A stretch of 63,442 nt of DNA, the filler included, from Nitrospinae bacterium RIFCSPLOWO2_12_FULL_45_22 (GTDB lineage Bacteria > 2-12-FULL-45-22): NCBI GenBank assembly GCA_001803565.1. It is 6 parts of 6 records of this genome, joined end to end, with 100 filler letters (N's around TTAATTAATTAA, not from the genome) between each part and the next. Parts side by side here need not be neighbours in the genome. Positions count along the whole stretch, not along the records: positions 28,092 to 39,203 come from MHDQ01000036.1; positions 39,304 to 54,643 come from MHDQ01000038.1; 4 more parts are not named here. The stretch is one strand, 5' to 3'. The notes under the pieces were generated by a model. The model ran no database searches. It worked only from the letters and a program-made list of their open reading frames with translations, and was not told the DNA's origin. Shown in pieces: positions 31,874 through 41,200 of the stretch; the stretch's first letter is position 1, and every line of letters starts with the position of its first letter. The position numbers and the translations under genes were made by a program.

Positions 31874-33024
31874 ATGTCACTCCTTTCCCTTTCCGCCCAT
31901 AACTGTCTATAGACCTGCCCAATCCGCTCTGCCATAACCTCCATCCTGTATTCTTCCTCAACCGTTTTACGCGCCATCTCCCCCATCGATGCCGATAATT
32001 CAGCATCTGATAGCAACTTTTCCAATGCGTCAGCAAGTGCCTTATAATCCGCAGGGGGTACAAGATAGCCGTTTACTCCATCTTTAATTACCTCCGGGAT
32101 ACCATCCACAGCCGAGGCCACCACTGGTTTCCCAAGGGCCATCCCCTGAAGCATTGCCAGCGGGATACCCTCCTTTAATGATGGAAAAGCAACAACTGTT
32201 GCAAGAGATAATATGGCCTGAGCATCCCTTCTGTACCCGGTGAATATAATGTTTTCCGCGATTCCTCCCATCCTTCGAGCTGCATATTCCAGATTCTCCT
32301 GTAGTCTACCATCACCTATGATTACGAATTTCACATTTTCAAATCTGGCCAGCACCTCTTTTGCTGCCCGCAGGAGATATATATGGCCCTTTTCTGGATC
32401 AAGCCTGGCGAGGTTCGCCACAATCCGAACCCCATCCGCCAATCTCAATTCTTTTTTCACACGATCCACTTCTTCAACTCCAACGATGCATCGCTCAAAA
32501 GAAACACAATTCCGTATCGTGACCAGCTTTTCTCTCCTTACCCTTGCTGCGGATACTGTCCTTGCTACTGAGTCAGAGCAGGCAATTACCCTGTCAAAAT
32601 AACGGGCTGATAAAAGGGTAATCAAGTTATATGCTCTTGTCCGATAATAGCTTTCCACAAAGCCCGGGATATGACAGATAACCGGAAGCCGAGCTAGCCT
32701 CGCCACAGTAAGCCCCACAATGTCTGCCCTGTAGCCCATAGTGTGTATAAGATCTATCCTATTTTTGCGAATAAAGCTGAGAACTCTGGGGATCATCCAA
32801 AAATTGAACCTTCCCCACGCATCTATCCTTTTCACATCGAGTCCCCTCTTTTCGGCTTCTTCCAAAAGAGGTAATGGATAGCCGGGATTTTTCCAGAGGC
32901 AAAGGAGAATGCAATTGATGTCTTTATCATTCCGAAGTTGGGTAGCCAGATCCAGAATAAGGTATTCGGGTCCAGCCAATACATGGCTTGAGCGGAGAAT
33001 GACTACATTTTTTTTGGTTTCCAT
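31870..33024 (-). CDS. GT4-family glycosyltransferase
   Basis: AGPE, ARLDPEKGH, IIGDG, PSLKEGIPLAMLQGMALGKPVVASAVDGIPEVI. Confidence 0.9.
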   Translation of the reverse strand: METKKNVVILRSSHVLAGPEYLILDLATQLRNDKDINCILLCLWKNPGYPLPLLEEAEKRGLDVKRIDAWGRFNFWMIPRVLSFIRKNRIDLIHTMGYRADIVGLTVARLARLPVICHIPGFVESYYRTRAYNLITLLSARYFDRVIACSDSVARTVSAARVRREKLVTIRNCVSFERCIVGVEEVDRVKKELRLADGVRIVANLARLDPEKGHIYLLRAAKEVLARFENVKFVIIGDGRLQENLEYAARRMGGIAENIIFTGYRRDAQAILSLATVVAFPSLKEGIPLAMLQGMALGKPVVASAVDGIPEVIKDGVNGYLVPPADYKALADALEKLLSDAELSASMGEMARKTVEEEYRMEVMAERIGQVYRQLWAERERSDI

Positions 33025-34508
33025 AAAAAGACCTCACCCGCGGGCTCAACCTTAATTGGATAGCTGAAGGACTTATAAGACCGCTTTATTATCCTTAGCC
33101 AGAGCCAACGGAAAATCGGATATAGACCTGCCATAACCCTTGCAAGACTATTTAGAGACAAAATCTTATCTATCAAATGAACGAGGTATGTGCCCGTAAC
33201 CCCCTTAAATTTATGTGCCGCTCCATAAAGGCGCATAAAAATCCTGAAATACCCTCTAAACATTATGATCTGTTCTCTGCTCAGGTCGGGGAGTGACAGG
33301 ACGGAGTCAGTGAAATAATCGATACTATCCCTCTCTGTCAGATAGTTTCTTTCCACGCAAATATCATAAAGAACTGTACCCTTGTAAGGGTAAAAAATAA
33401 AAATTTTTGTTGAATCCGGTTTCACTCTAGAGTTTAGTTTTATAGTATCTAAAACGGCTCCGGCGGATTCGAGGGGAATTCCTATCATGTTATTGGCATG
33501 AACCTTAATTCCAGATGCCCTGCATAACACAAAAGCCTTAACTATGGTCTCCTCGCTCAGGCCACGGTTAAGCACCCTGTTCCTGATGACCTCATTGCCG
33601 CTTTCTATGCCCATCTGAATCATGTCACAGCCGCTTTCGGCTAACATCTTAACCGTCTTCTCGTTTAGAAGATTAGGGCGCATGTTACAACTATATGGCT
33701 TTCTGACAGCAATATTATAAATTGATGAAAACTCAGAAAACCACTTCATATCGAGAAAGAGATTGTCATCATCAAAATGAAATGAATTTATAAAACTAAA
33801 GTCAGCCAATATATTAATCAATTCATCTATGAGATGCTTAACAGAACGAAAGCGGGTATAATTTCGCACTCCTCCGACTTTCTTAAGGACATGGTTACAG
33901 CAGTAGTGACACTGGTAAGGACATCCCCTTGAGGCCATTACAGTCGCCCTGCCAAGCCTCTCCCACATTAAATTTCGATAATTAGGAAATATCTTACGAT
34001 CAGCAGGTGGCAATTTGTTCACATCAATATATGGGGATAGCGGATTCTTAATAATTTCCCCCCTCGACTTGAGCCATAGATTACTTATTCTTGAATAATC
34101 CTCACCCCTATCAAGTTTAGAACAAAGGCTCCTTAGAGCTTCATCGCCTTCGCCAACGCAAATAATATCTATGTCCTTATTGCTTATCACATCATGGGGG
34201 TTAAGGGTTACATGTGGACCACCACAAATTGTCAAGATACCGAAGTTATGGCGTCTTAGCCATGAGATCATCTTTTTTACCAATGGGAAAGAATTGCTAG
34301 TGCATGTAAAAGCCATAAGATCAGGGTTTTCCGTCCAGACTTGTTGGCAAAACTCCTCCTCAACCATATCTCTCGTTATATGAATAAGAGTAGCCTGGTG
34401 ATTTTCTTTTCTAATAAGAGCAGATAATAATCCAACAGCCTGTGAATAATGGCCTTCATAAAAAGCTATACCTGGTATTATATCTGGATAGATTAGTACT
34501 ACTTTCAT
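33003..34508 (-). CDS. Cobalamin-binding (class B) radical SAM protein
   Basis: GGPHVT, VGEGD, ASRGCPYQCHYC, FDDDN, GIESGN. Confidence 0.9.
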   Translation of the reverse strand: MKVVLIYPDIIPGIAFYEGHYSQAVGLLSALIRKENHQATLIHITRDMVEEEFCQQVWTENPDLMAFTCTSNSFPLVKKMISWLRRHNFGILTICGGPHVTLNPHDVISNKDIDIICVGEGDEALRSLCSKLDRGEDYSRISNLWLKSRGEIIKNPLSPYIDVNKLPPADRKIFPNYRNLMWERLGRATVMASRGCPYQCHYCCNHVLKKVGGVRNYTRFRSVKHLIDELINILADFSFINSFHFDDDNLFLDMKWFSEFSSIYNIAVRKPYSCNMRPNLLNEKTVKMLAESGCDMIQMGIESGNEVIRNRVLNRGLSEETIVKAFVLCRASGIKVHANNMIGIPLESAGAVLDTIKLNSRVKPDSTKIFIFYPYKGTVLYDICVERNYLTERDSIDYFTDSVLSLPDLSREQIIMFRGYFRIFMRLYGAAHKFKGVTGTYLVHLIDKILSLNSLARVMAGLYPIFRWLWLRIIKRSYKSFSYPIKVEPAGEVFLWKPKKM

Positions 34509-36031
34509 TTATTGTTTTCAAAAAGGCGGGTTATATCGCTTTTACCCATAAGTTCCCCCGTCTCCGCGTATAATCTCAATTTCTTTGTAGCGGCTGAAAG
34601 GCCAATAAGGAGCCAGAAATATTTTAGGAACTCCAAGCTACCTCCAGCATGAGCCATAATTAGGCTCCAAAGCGCTACCTCCAGCCCAAGAATCATGGTT
34701 GCAGCCGAGCTATCCCCCATTTGAGAGTACCACTTGCTAACCCGTGATAGATTCCTCAGCGCAAAGACTAACAGGAGAAGGAAAAATGAAAGCCCAACTG
34801 CCCCCATCTCAGTTACAAAGGTAAGGTACGTATTCTCAGGACTGGGGCAAGGGTGAAACCCCCATTCTGTCACATGATCTGGGCGTAGGTATTGCATGTA
34901 GGTGAATTGATAATTACCCACACCAAAACCAAATACAGGATGATCCTGAAACATCTTAACGCTGGCATCAACGAGGTCCATTCTCCAGCGATATGCCACG
35001 TCCTCAGAGAAATGAAATATTGTCCTAAAGCGGTTCATAAATGGGGAGTCCCACCATATCTCCAGCACAAATGGAGAGATTACCAATGCGAGGAAAATAG
35101 CCCCAAAGGCCATAGAGATTGATCGGAGGTTGAGCTTATCTCTTAGCTTCACCATGACATATGGAATAGTGGCCAATATTGCAATTATGGATACACGAGC
35201 GAATGTATATGCCCAGCCTAAGGGAATGATGAAAAAAGTAGTTAAAATCAAAACCGACCGCCTGACGGGCGACTTCTCCGCCAATAACAGAAAAAAGCTA
35301 ATGAAAAAAGCAACCTGTAGTATCAGCCCGCTTTCAACCGGATGTGCCGTTGTTCCCTGAGACCTTGGCACACCTCCAATCACATCAAGTAAGAAGTCTC
35401 CCCCTCTAAGATCACCCCTTTCTACACCCGGGATTGAGAATTGAAACTGTGACTGAAGTACGTTTATAATTGCCAGTAGCGAACCCGTAATAACAATCAC
35501 CCACATAATTTGCTTTATCTGGCGGATATTCCACACTAAGCTAAAAGTGAGCAAATAGAAAATTGCAGCAAACCAATATCGCCGCAGCTCTGTCAAGGCA
35601 TGGCCCAAATACCTCTGGTCATCCGTATATGAACTACCGTAAAGCACAGAGATGGAGGCGAGAAAAACGATTCCCGCCACCAGGATATGAAGTGGGTCAA
35701 AATACATCTTTAACCCTTTCACTAAAAAATAAAAAAAAGCCACGATGAGAGCTACAAACCCCAGCGCGAGGGCTGGAGATATGAACCCAACAAGCTCAAA
35801 TGCTGAAAATGGGATAGAACCTATAAAAATCAGGAGCGCCAGATAAGGTCTTGGAAGCACGAGCGCCGTATAAGCACTTGCCAGAAATGCTGCAACCCCA
35901 AACTTATCTAGAATAGAAAATGAGCAGCCAACCAGAATGCCGATTATTGACCCGGGAACAACTTTTCTCAACATCGCATACCAAACCATTCTTTTCTTAA
36001 TAGTCAGTGTTTCCAATGCAATCAGATTCAT
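34505..36031 (-). CDS. O-antigen ligase / Wzy-like polymerase
   Basis: About 12 TM segments, RSQGTTAHP, TFARV, R..L...S.KMF.DHPVFGFGVGNY, ENTYL.F.TEMG.VG (Wzy_C-like). Confidence 0.8.
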   Translation of the reverse strand: MNLIALETLTIKKRMVWYAMLRKVVPGSIIGILVGCSFSILDKFGVAAFLASAYTALVLPRPYLALLIFIGSIPFSAFELVGFISPALALGFVALIVAFFYFLVKGLKMYFDPLHILVAGIVFLASISVLYGSSYTDDQRYLGHALTELRRYWFAAIFYLLTFSLVWNIRQIKQIMWVIVITGSLLAIINVLQSQFQFSIPGVERGDLRGGDFLLDVIGGVPRSQGTTAHPVESGLILQVAFFISFFLLLAEKSPVRRSVLILTTFFIIPLGWAYTFARVSIIAILATIPYVMVKLRDKLNLRSISMAFGAIFLALVISPFVLEIWWDSPFMNRFRTIFHFSEDVAYRWRMDLVDASVKMFQDHPVFGFGVGNYQFTYMQYLRPDHVTEWGFHPCPSPENTYLTFVTEMGAVGLSFFLLLLVFALRNLSRVSKWYSQMGDSSAATMILGLEVALWSLIMAHAGGSLEFLKYFWLLIGLSAATKKLRLYAETGELMGKSDITRLFENNK

Positions 36032-37347
36032 GAGATTTTTATCCCCTGCAACACCTGAGCATTCTTTAAAAATACAAAGCTATAAACGGAAAGACATATC
36101 AGGGCTCCTTCTACTATCCTCGAAGTCAGGGTGACCCATGCCGCACCAATCTCTCCATATATGGGCACAAACAAGAAATTTCCACAAAGGTTTAAGACGA
36201 GCACAGAACCAAAGATGGCAGCCAGGATCTTTGGCCTGTCAATGGACATGAAAAGTAAATAGAGGGGATGGGTGAATATCCGTATGGCAAAACCAAAAAA
36301 AAGTATGCGGAAGATCCTAACAGACTGATTATAGCTGTCCGAGAAAAAAGTGATCATTAAGGGCTCTGCGAAAAAAAACATCGGGATGATAATGACTGAC
36401 AACATGGAAGATATAATGAGAGATCGTCTGATGTATCCTTTATATTCGTCAAAACACGAGAGCCTGCTTGCAGCAGGGAGTTGGACAACAACCAGCGCAC
36501 TGGTCAGGTATTCAACCAGCACAAGAGCTGTGAAAGCTGCCGAATAAAGCCCAACAGAATCGGGCTCCCTAAAATAATTGAGTATCAATATATCTTGCTT
36601 ATAATAGAGAATGCATATGACCTCAGCTAGGAATATCCATTTACAAAACCCAACCAGGTTCCACCCTATCTTTTTATCACTCGGTCGGCCTCCCAGCACA
36701 CCTCTCGGTAGAGATACAAAACCCAGAACCATATTAAGATAGATAACCGCCGTCACAGCCAGGATAGCATTCGCAAGCGTAAGTTTTCCCACTAAAAGGA
36801 GTCCAAAAATACATATAGCTCTGAGTAGATTGAATACCGCCTCAAGGACCGAATACTTTAAAAACTCTTCTCTGGCCTGAAAAATCGTTAGCGAGAAATA
36901 CCACAGGGACATACCAAAGGCCCCAAGAAAGGCCATCTTCAAAGGGAAAACAAGGTCTGGATTATGAAAGAGAAAAATCGCTATGGAATTCGATAAAAGA
37001 TAGCCCGTAACAACTCCTCCAATACCCGCAACTATTCTTAAATTAAAAGCTACCCTTATGCTGGCCCTGGCAAGGTCAGGATTATTGCCGGAGTAATAAC
37101 CATAAAATTTTACCAGACCTGTATCCAGGTTCTTCCCTAAAAAAAACACCGCTATTACCAACACCGCCATGAAGACTGAGAATAGTCCGTAATCGTGGGG
37201 GCCAAGCACACGCGCGGCAATTATGGTAGCAATAAACCCCATACCTGTAGCCAGGACTTTGCCAGTGAATACTGCCGCCAATCCTTTAAATATCGGCCTT
37301 GAACCTGGCTCTAGAGTGAGCGCGAGTTTTATTTTCTCCAGCACCAT
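36028..37347 (-). CDS. Wzx-type polysaccharide flippase
   Basis: ARVLGPHDYGLF, D.LIL..F...SVGLYSAA, P.YGEIGAAW; multiple TM segments. Confidence 0.88.
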   Translation of the reverse strand: MVLEKIKLALTLEPGSRPIFKGLAAVFTGKVLATGMGFIATIIAARVLGPHDYGLFSVFMAVLVIAVFFLGKNLDTGLVKFYGYYSGNNPDLARASIRVAFNLRIVAGIGGVVTGYLLSNSIAIFLFHNPDLVFPLKMAFLGAFGMSLWYFSLTIFQAREEFLKYSVLEAVFNLLRAICIFGLLLVGKLTLANAILAVTAVIYLNMVLGFVSLPRGVLGGRPSDKKIGWNLVGFCKWIFLAEVICILYYKQDILILNYFREPDSVGLYSAAFTALVLVEYLTSALVVVQLPAASRLSCFDEYKGYIRRSLIISSMLSVIIIPMFFFAEPLMITFFSDSYNQSVRIFRILFFGFAIRIFTHPLYLLFMSIDRPKILAAIFGSVLVLNLCGNFLFVPIYGEIGAAWVTLTSRIVEGALICLSVYSFVFLKNAQVLQGIKIS

Positions 37348-37357
37348 TGTTTAAACC

Positions 37358-39202
37358 TCATTCAATATATCCAAGAGAGCGGAGCTTCTCGCTTGTTGCT
37401 CGATCAAAGGTTGCAGATCTAGCTTTTGTACTCCGAGATGAAACCGAGCTCACCCATCTTGCAAGACTCACACGGAGCTCTGAAAGTTTCAATGGCTCCT
37501 TATTAATGATGTTTTCACTTTCCCGAGGGTCTTGATTTAAATCATAAAGCTCATCACGGCCATCGGACGACCATATATATTTCACCCCATCCTTTACAAA
37601 TGCTTTTATTTCCCTGTCATGGGGCATGCGATTAAATTCAGGAAACCTGGAACGGAAGGCTCTTAATGTAAGCAGTGGTCTTGAATATTCCGCCACAACA
37701 GCCCTTGTTACATTATTATTAGTGTTTAAGATATTTTTGCCGGGAAGTCCCTTCAAATGATTACCAGTTTCATGGTCTTGGAGGATAGAAAATATGGTGG
37801 GCAAAATATCAACAGTCTGCACAGGACTTGAGACCGTTCTCCCTCGGGAAATAAGCTTTGGATACCTTATCACAAGGGGCACCTTGATTAATGAATCATA
37901 AAGGCACAACTGATGGTCCATGAGATTGTGGTCGCCTATATTTTCGCCATGGTCTGAAGTTATTATCAGGAGGGTCTCATCCAGTATTCTCATCTCCCGC
38001 ATTAGTGAGAATATTTCTCCCATTCTTGAATCAAGGTAGGCTATCTCACCGTCATAGAGAGACTTTAATATATCAAAATCCTCCTCCGTCATTTCGACCT
38101 TCCTCGCCATGTATGCAATGGGGTCCTGATTAACCCCTTCCGCCTTTTCCCGGCTTACTTCCAAAAATAGCTCGTTATACGGCGGCGGCGGATAATAGCC
38201 CAGATGAGGCTCGATATAATTCACAAAAATGAAAAATGGCTTTGATCTGTCCCATCGACCGAGCCACTTTTTTATTTTCAGATTTGCCTGGGCAGCACCC
38301 TTGTCCATCTCGCCTGTGTTAACAAGCCTTAGAAGCTTTTCCCCCAGCCGTATGATGCTGGGCATATCTTTTGGCAGCCATATCTCATAAAACTCCTCAA
38401 AACCCTGGTCAAGTCCCGAAGCCTTCCCAACCCATGGGTTGCAGGAAAACCCAACTGTCTGATAACCTATATTCCTGAGAACATCCGCCAGGGTGGTTGC
38501 TTGGGGCGAAAGCTTAAAATTCCTATGGTTCAGGCCATGCTGTGAGGGATAAAGCCCGGTAAACATGGATGCATGTGAAGGCAAAGTCCATGGGGATGGA
38601 GATATGGCATTAGTAAAAATCACCCCTTCCCTTGCCATGGCATCGAGGTTCGGCGAGGTATTCCTGTAGTATCCATAACACGATAGGTGATCCGCTCTAA
38701 CAGTGTCCATAACGATTAACATTATATTGGGGAGGATTGGTCCAGCTTTCCCACCACCATACCTACTCCCTCCAATCGAAAGGCTTGAGGTTATCAACCA
38801 TATAATGTTAACGACGACAAGTATCGCTGAGTTAAAAAAGAAGGCCCGACGGTAGAACAACATAAATGATAGCCGGGCCTCGAACACAGAGTGCATTATC
38901 CATCTAATAATGCAGTATAGCGTGTAGGTAACAAAGAGAAGGACTAATGTGGATAACCAAAGTATCCCGGAGGTCATAGTAATGCCGGATGGCAACCAAT
39001 CAAGGGCCATCTTGACCTCAATGACACCGAAAAAAAATATGGTGAAAAGAAGAACAAAGTACATGATATCAAGGTTTGTCCGTGCCGGACGATATCCTCT
39101 CGTTGAATAAAGAAGGCCAAGGAAAAAACCCAGTATCAAGCCACCCATAATTCCGGAATATCCGTCGGCCATTACGGAAACCCAAATGGTGGATAGATCT
39201 AC
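37358..39202 (-). CDS. Membrane-anchored sulfatase/alkaline-phosphatase-superfamily protein, 5'-truncated, with Thr at the nucleophile site
   Basis: Frame open to contig edge; N-terminal TM helices; PNIMLIVMDTVRAD, SPWTLPSHASMFTG, EPH, YDGEI, TSDHGE, KLRSLGYI. Confidence 0.85.
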   Translation of the reverse strand, partial: VDLSTIWVSVMADGYSGIMGGLILGFFLGLLYSTRGYRPARTNLDIMYFVLLFTIFFFGVIEVKMALDWLPSGITMTSGILWLSTLVLLFVTYTLYCIIRWIMHSVFEARLSFMLFYRRAFFFNSAILVVVNIIWLITSSLSIGGSRYGGGKAGPILPNIMLIVMDTVRADHLSCYGYYRNTSPNLDAMAREGVIFTNAISPSPWTLPSHASMFTGLYPSQHGLNHRNFKLSPQATTLADVLRNIGYQTVGFSCNPWVGKASGLDQGFEEFYEIWLPKDMPSIIRLGEKLLRLVNTGEMDKGAAQANLKIKKWLGRWDRSKPFFIFVNYIEPHLGYYPPPPYNELFLEVSREKAEGVNQDPIAYMARKVEMTEEDFDILKSLYDGEIAYLDSRMGEIFSLMREMRILDETLLIITSDHGENIGDHNLMDHQLCLYDSLIKVPLVIRYPKLISRGRTVSSPVQTVDILPTIFSILQDHETGNHLKGLPGKNILNTNNNVTRAVVAEYSRPLLTLRAFRSRFPEFNRMPHDREIKAFVKDGVKYIWSSDGRDELYDLNQDPRESENIINKEPLKLSELRVSLARWVSSVSSRSTKARSATFDRATSEKLRSLGYIE

Positions 39203-39203
39203 A

Positions 39204-39303
39204 NNNNNNNNNNNNNNNNNNNNNNNNNNNNNNNNNNNNNNNNNNNNTTAATTAATTAANNNNNNNNNNNNNNNNNNNNNNNNNNNNNNNNNNNNNNNNN
39301 NNN
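39204..39303. other. Artificial contig junction
   Basis: N run containing TTAATTAATTAA. Confidence 0.98.
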
Positions 39304-40101
39304 TTTCCAGGAAAAGACCAGGGTAGCCACTACCAGCATAATACCCGAAAAGACCAGGATGAATAGTATGTCTTGATAGAAGGGGAACTCAGGCGCCAGG
39401 GGGGAGTTTCCAGCCTCTCTGAGCAAGACATTCTTAAAGGCGTCTATCCCATAAGAGAGTGGGTTAAAGCTAGCCATGATATGGATAGGAGGAGGTAGAA
39501 GCTTTATGGGATATAAGGCCCCACTGACAAAAAACATGGGCATAATAAGAAAGTTGATTATCAGGTTGAAGCTCTCTAGGGAGCGCATAAGGGAGGCTAT
39601 CAGTACCCCAAAGGAAGAGAGGGAAAAGGATATAATTACCGCTAATAATAAAAGTGCTATTACCTGAGACAATTCTAAAGGAATACGTAAGAAGGGTATA
39701 AGGGCCATAATGAGTACCCCCTGGATAGTCGAGATGATGGTACCACCTATTACTTTGCCCAGGACAATCGCTAAACGGCTGATTGGGGCCACCAATATTT
39801 CCTTTAGAAAGCCAAATTCTCTATCCCAGATAATAGATAGGGAAGAAAACATGGAACTGAACAGGATGGTTAAGCCCAGGATACCGGGCAAGATAAATTG
39901 CATATAAGACACCCCACCCTGAGTCCGAATGATCTGACTCAGGCCACTCCCTACTACTAAGAGCCAAAACAGGGGTCGGGCTAACGAGCCAATAATACGG
40001 CTCTTCTGCCGCAGGAAACGCTTCAGTTCTCGCAGGGTAATAATATATACAGCAATTAGGTTTAAAACCCAATGCCTTATCGGCGGGCTGCCTGACGCCA
40101 T
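39304..40101 (-). CDS. ABC-2 type (DrrB-like) exporter permease; last codons cut by contig end
   Basis: RELKRF, FILPG, WDREFGFLKEILVAP, GALYP, NPLSY. Confidence 0.9.
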
Positions 40102-41051
40102 TTTTTCCAGGTCTCTTTAATATTCCCTTCTTCTGCCCTGATCTCTTTGCCGGTTAGATGAAGGAAGACATCATTGAGGGTGGGCTTTTTGATGCTTATG
40201 GAAAGTATCTCGGCTGGTGATTCCCTAATAAAATGGGGTAGAAATTCCTCAGCATCTCTTACTTTAAATAATAAGGTGTTATTATCCTGGGTTAGGTCTA
40301 GGACGGCTTTGTTGCTTAAGAACTGCCAGACTTGCTGGTTATCCCGGGTCTTCGCTTCGATAATATCGCCCGGTAGCAATTTCTTTAACTCCGCTGGTGT
40401 ATCCAGGGCTATGATCTGTCCTCTATCTATGATCCCTATCCGGTCACATATCTCCGCTTCTTCCATATAATGGGTAGTCAGGAAGATAGTGATGGGTTCT
40501 GTTTTCTTGAGACCAGCGATAAATTCCCAGATATGATACCGGGTCTGGGGGTCCAGACCGGTTGTAGGCTCATCCAGAAAGAGGACTTTAGGGTAATGGA
40601 GCAAACCTCGGGCTAGTTCTAACCTGCGTTTCATACCCCAGGAGAATCTCCTTACTATATCATGCTGCCTATCTTCCAGATCCACCAACTTAAGGACTTT
40701 CTGTATCCGTGCCGGTATTGTTTTCCGGCGTAGTCCATAAAGATAACAATGAAATCGGAGATTTTCCTCCGCCGTAAGCTCATCATCCAGGATGAGCTCT
40801 TGAAATACCAATCCTATACAGGAGCGTACCAGGGCTGGCTGGGTAAAGCAATCATAACCATTAATATAAGCCGACCCAGCAGTAGGTTTTAGCAGGGTAC
40901 AAAGGACTTGAATAGTAGTAGTCTTCCCTGCACCATTAGGTCCCAGAAAGCCAAATATCTCACCTTCTTCTACCTCAAGGGAAATATCATCTACTGCCCG
41001 GAACTTTTTGTAGCACTTAACTAGATTATGTATCTCTATTACCTTACTCAT
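40077..41051 (-). CDS. ABC exporter ATP-binding subunit (DrrA-like)
   Basis: GPNGAGKTT, FSWGMKRRL signature variant, LFLDEPTTGLD, TTHYMEEA, PTLNDVF. Confidence 0.92.
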   Translation of the reverse strand: MSKVIEIHNLVKCYKKFRAVDDISLEVEEGEIFGFLGPNGAGKTTTIQVLCTLLKPTAGSAYINGYDCFTQPALVRSCIGLVFQELILDDELTAEENLRFHCYLYGLRRKTIPARIQKVLKLVDLEDRQHDIVRRFSWGMKRRLELARGLLHYPKVLFLDEPTTGLDPQTRYHIWEFIAGLKKTEPITIFLTTHYMEEAEICDRIGIIDRGQIIALDTPAELKKLLPGDIIEAKTRDNQQVWQFLSNKAVLDLTQDNNTLLFKVRDAEEFLPHFIRESPAEILSISIKKPTLNDVFLHLTGKEIRAEEGNIKETWKKWRQAARR

Positions 41052-41150
41052 AAGCTATACCTTGATTTATCCTTTACCTTTTCACAAAATAAACCATCCA
41101 GCCCTTTTAGTCAAATTGAGATAACCCAAGGGTTCCCAGGTTAGCTAAGA

Positions 41151-41179
41151 TTGACGGCCAAAAGGCCGTATGCTAATAT
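41151..41179 (+). promoter_or_regulatory. Sigma70 promoter with a palindrome overlapping the -35/spacer
   Basis: TTGACG-17-TAATAT with TGn extension; ACGGCC-aaaa-GGCCGT at 41154-41169. Confidence 0.55.
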
Positions 41180-41200
41180 GCTCCGCAAGCGTTCATCGCG

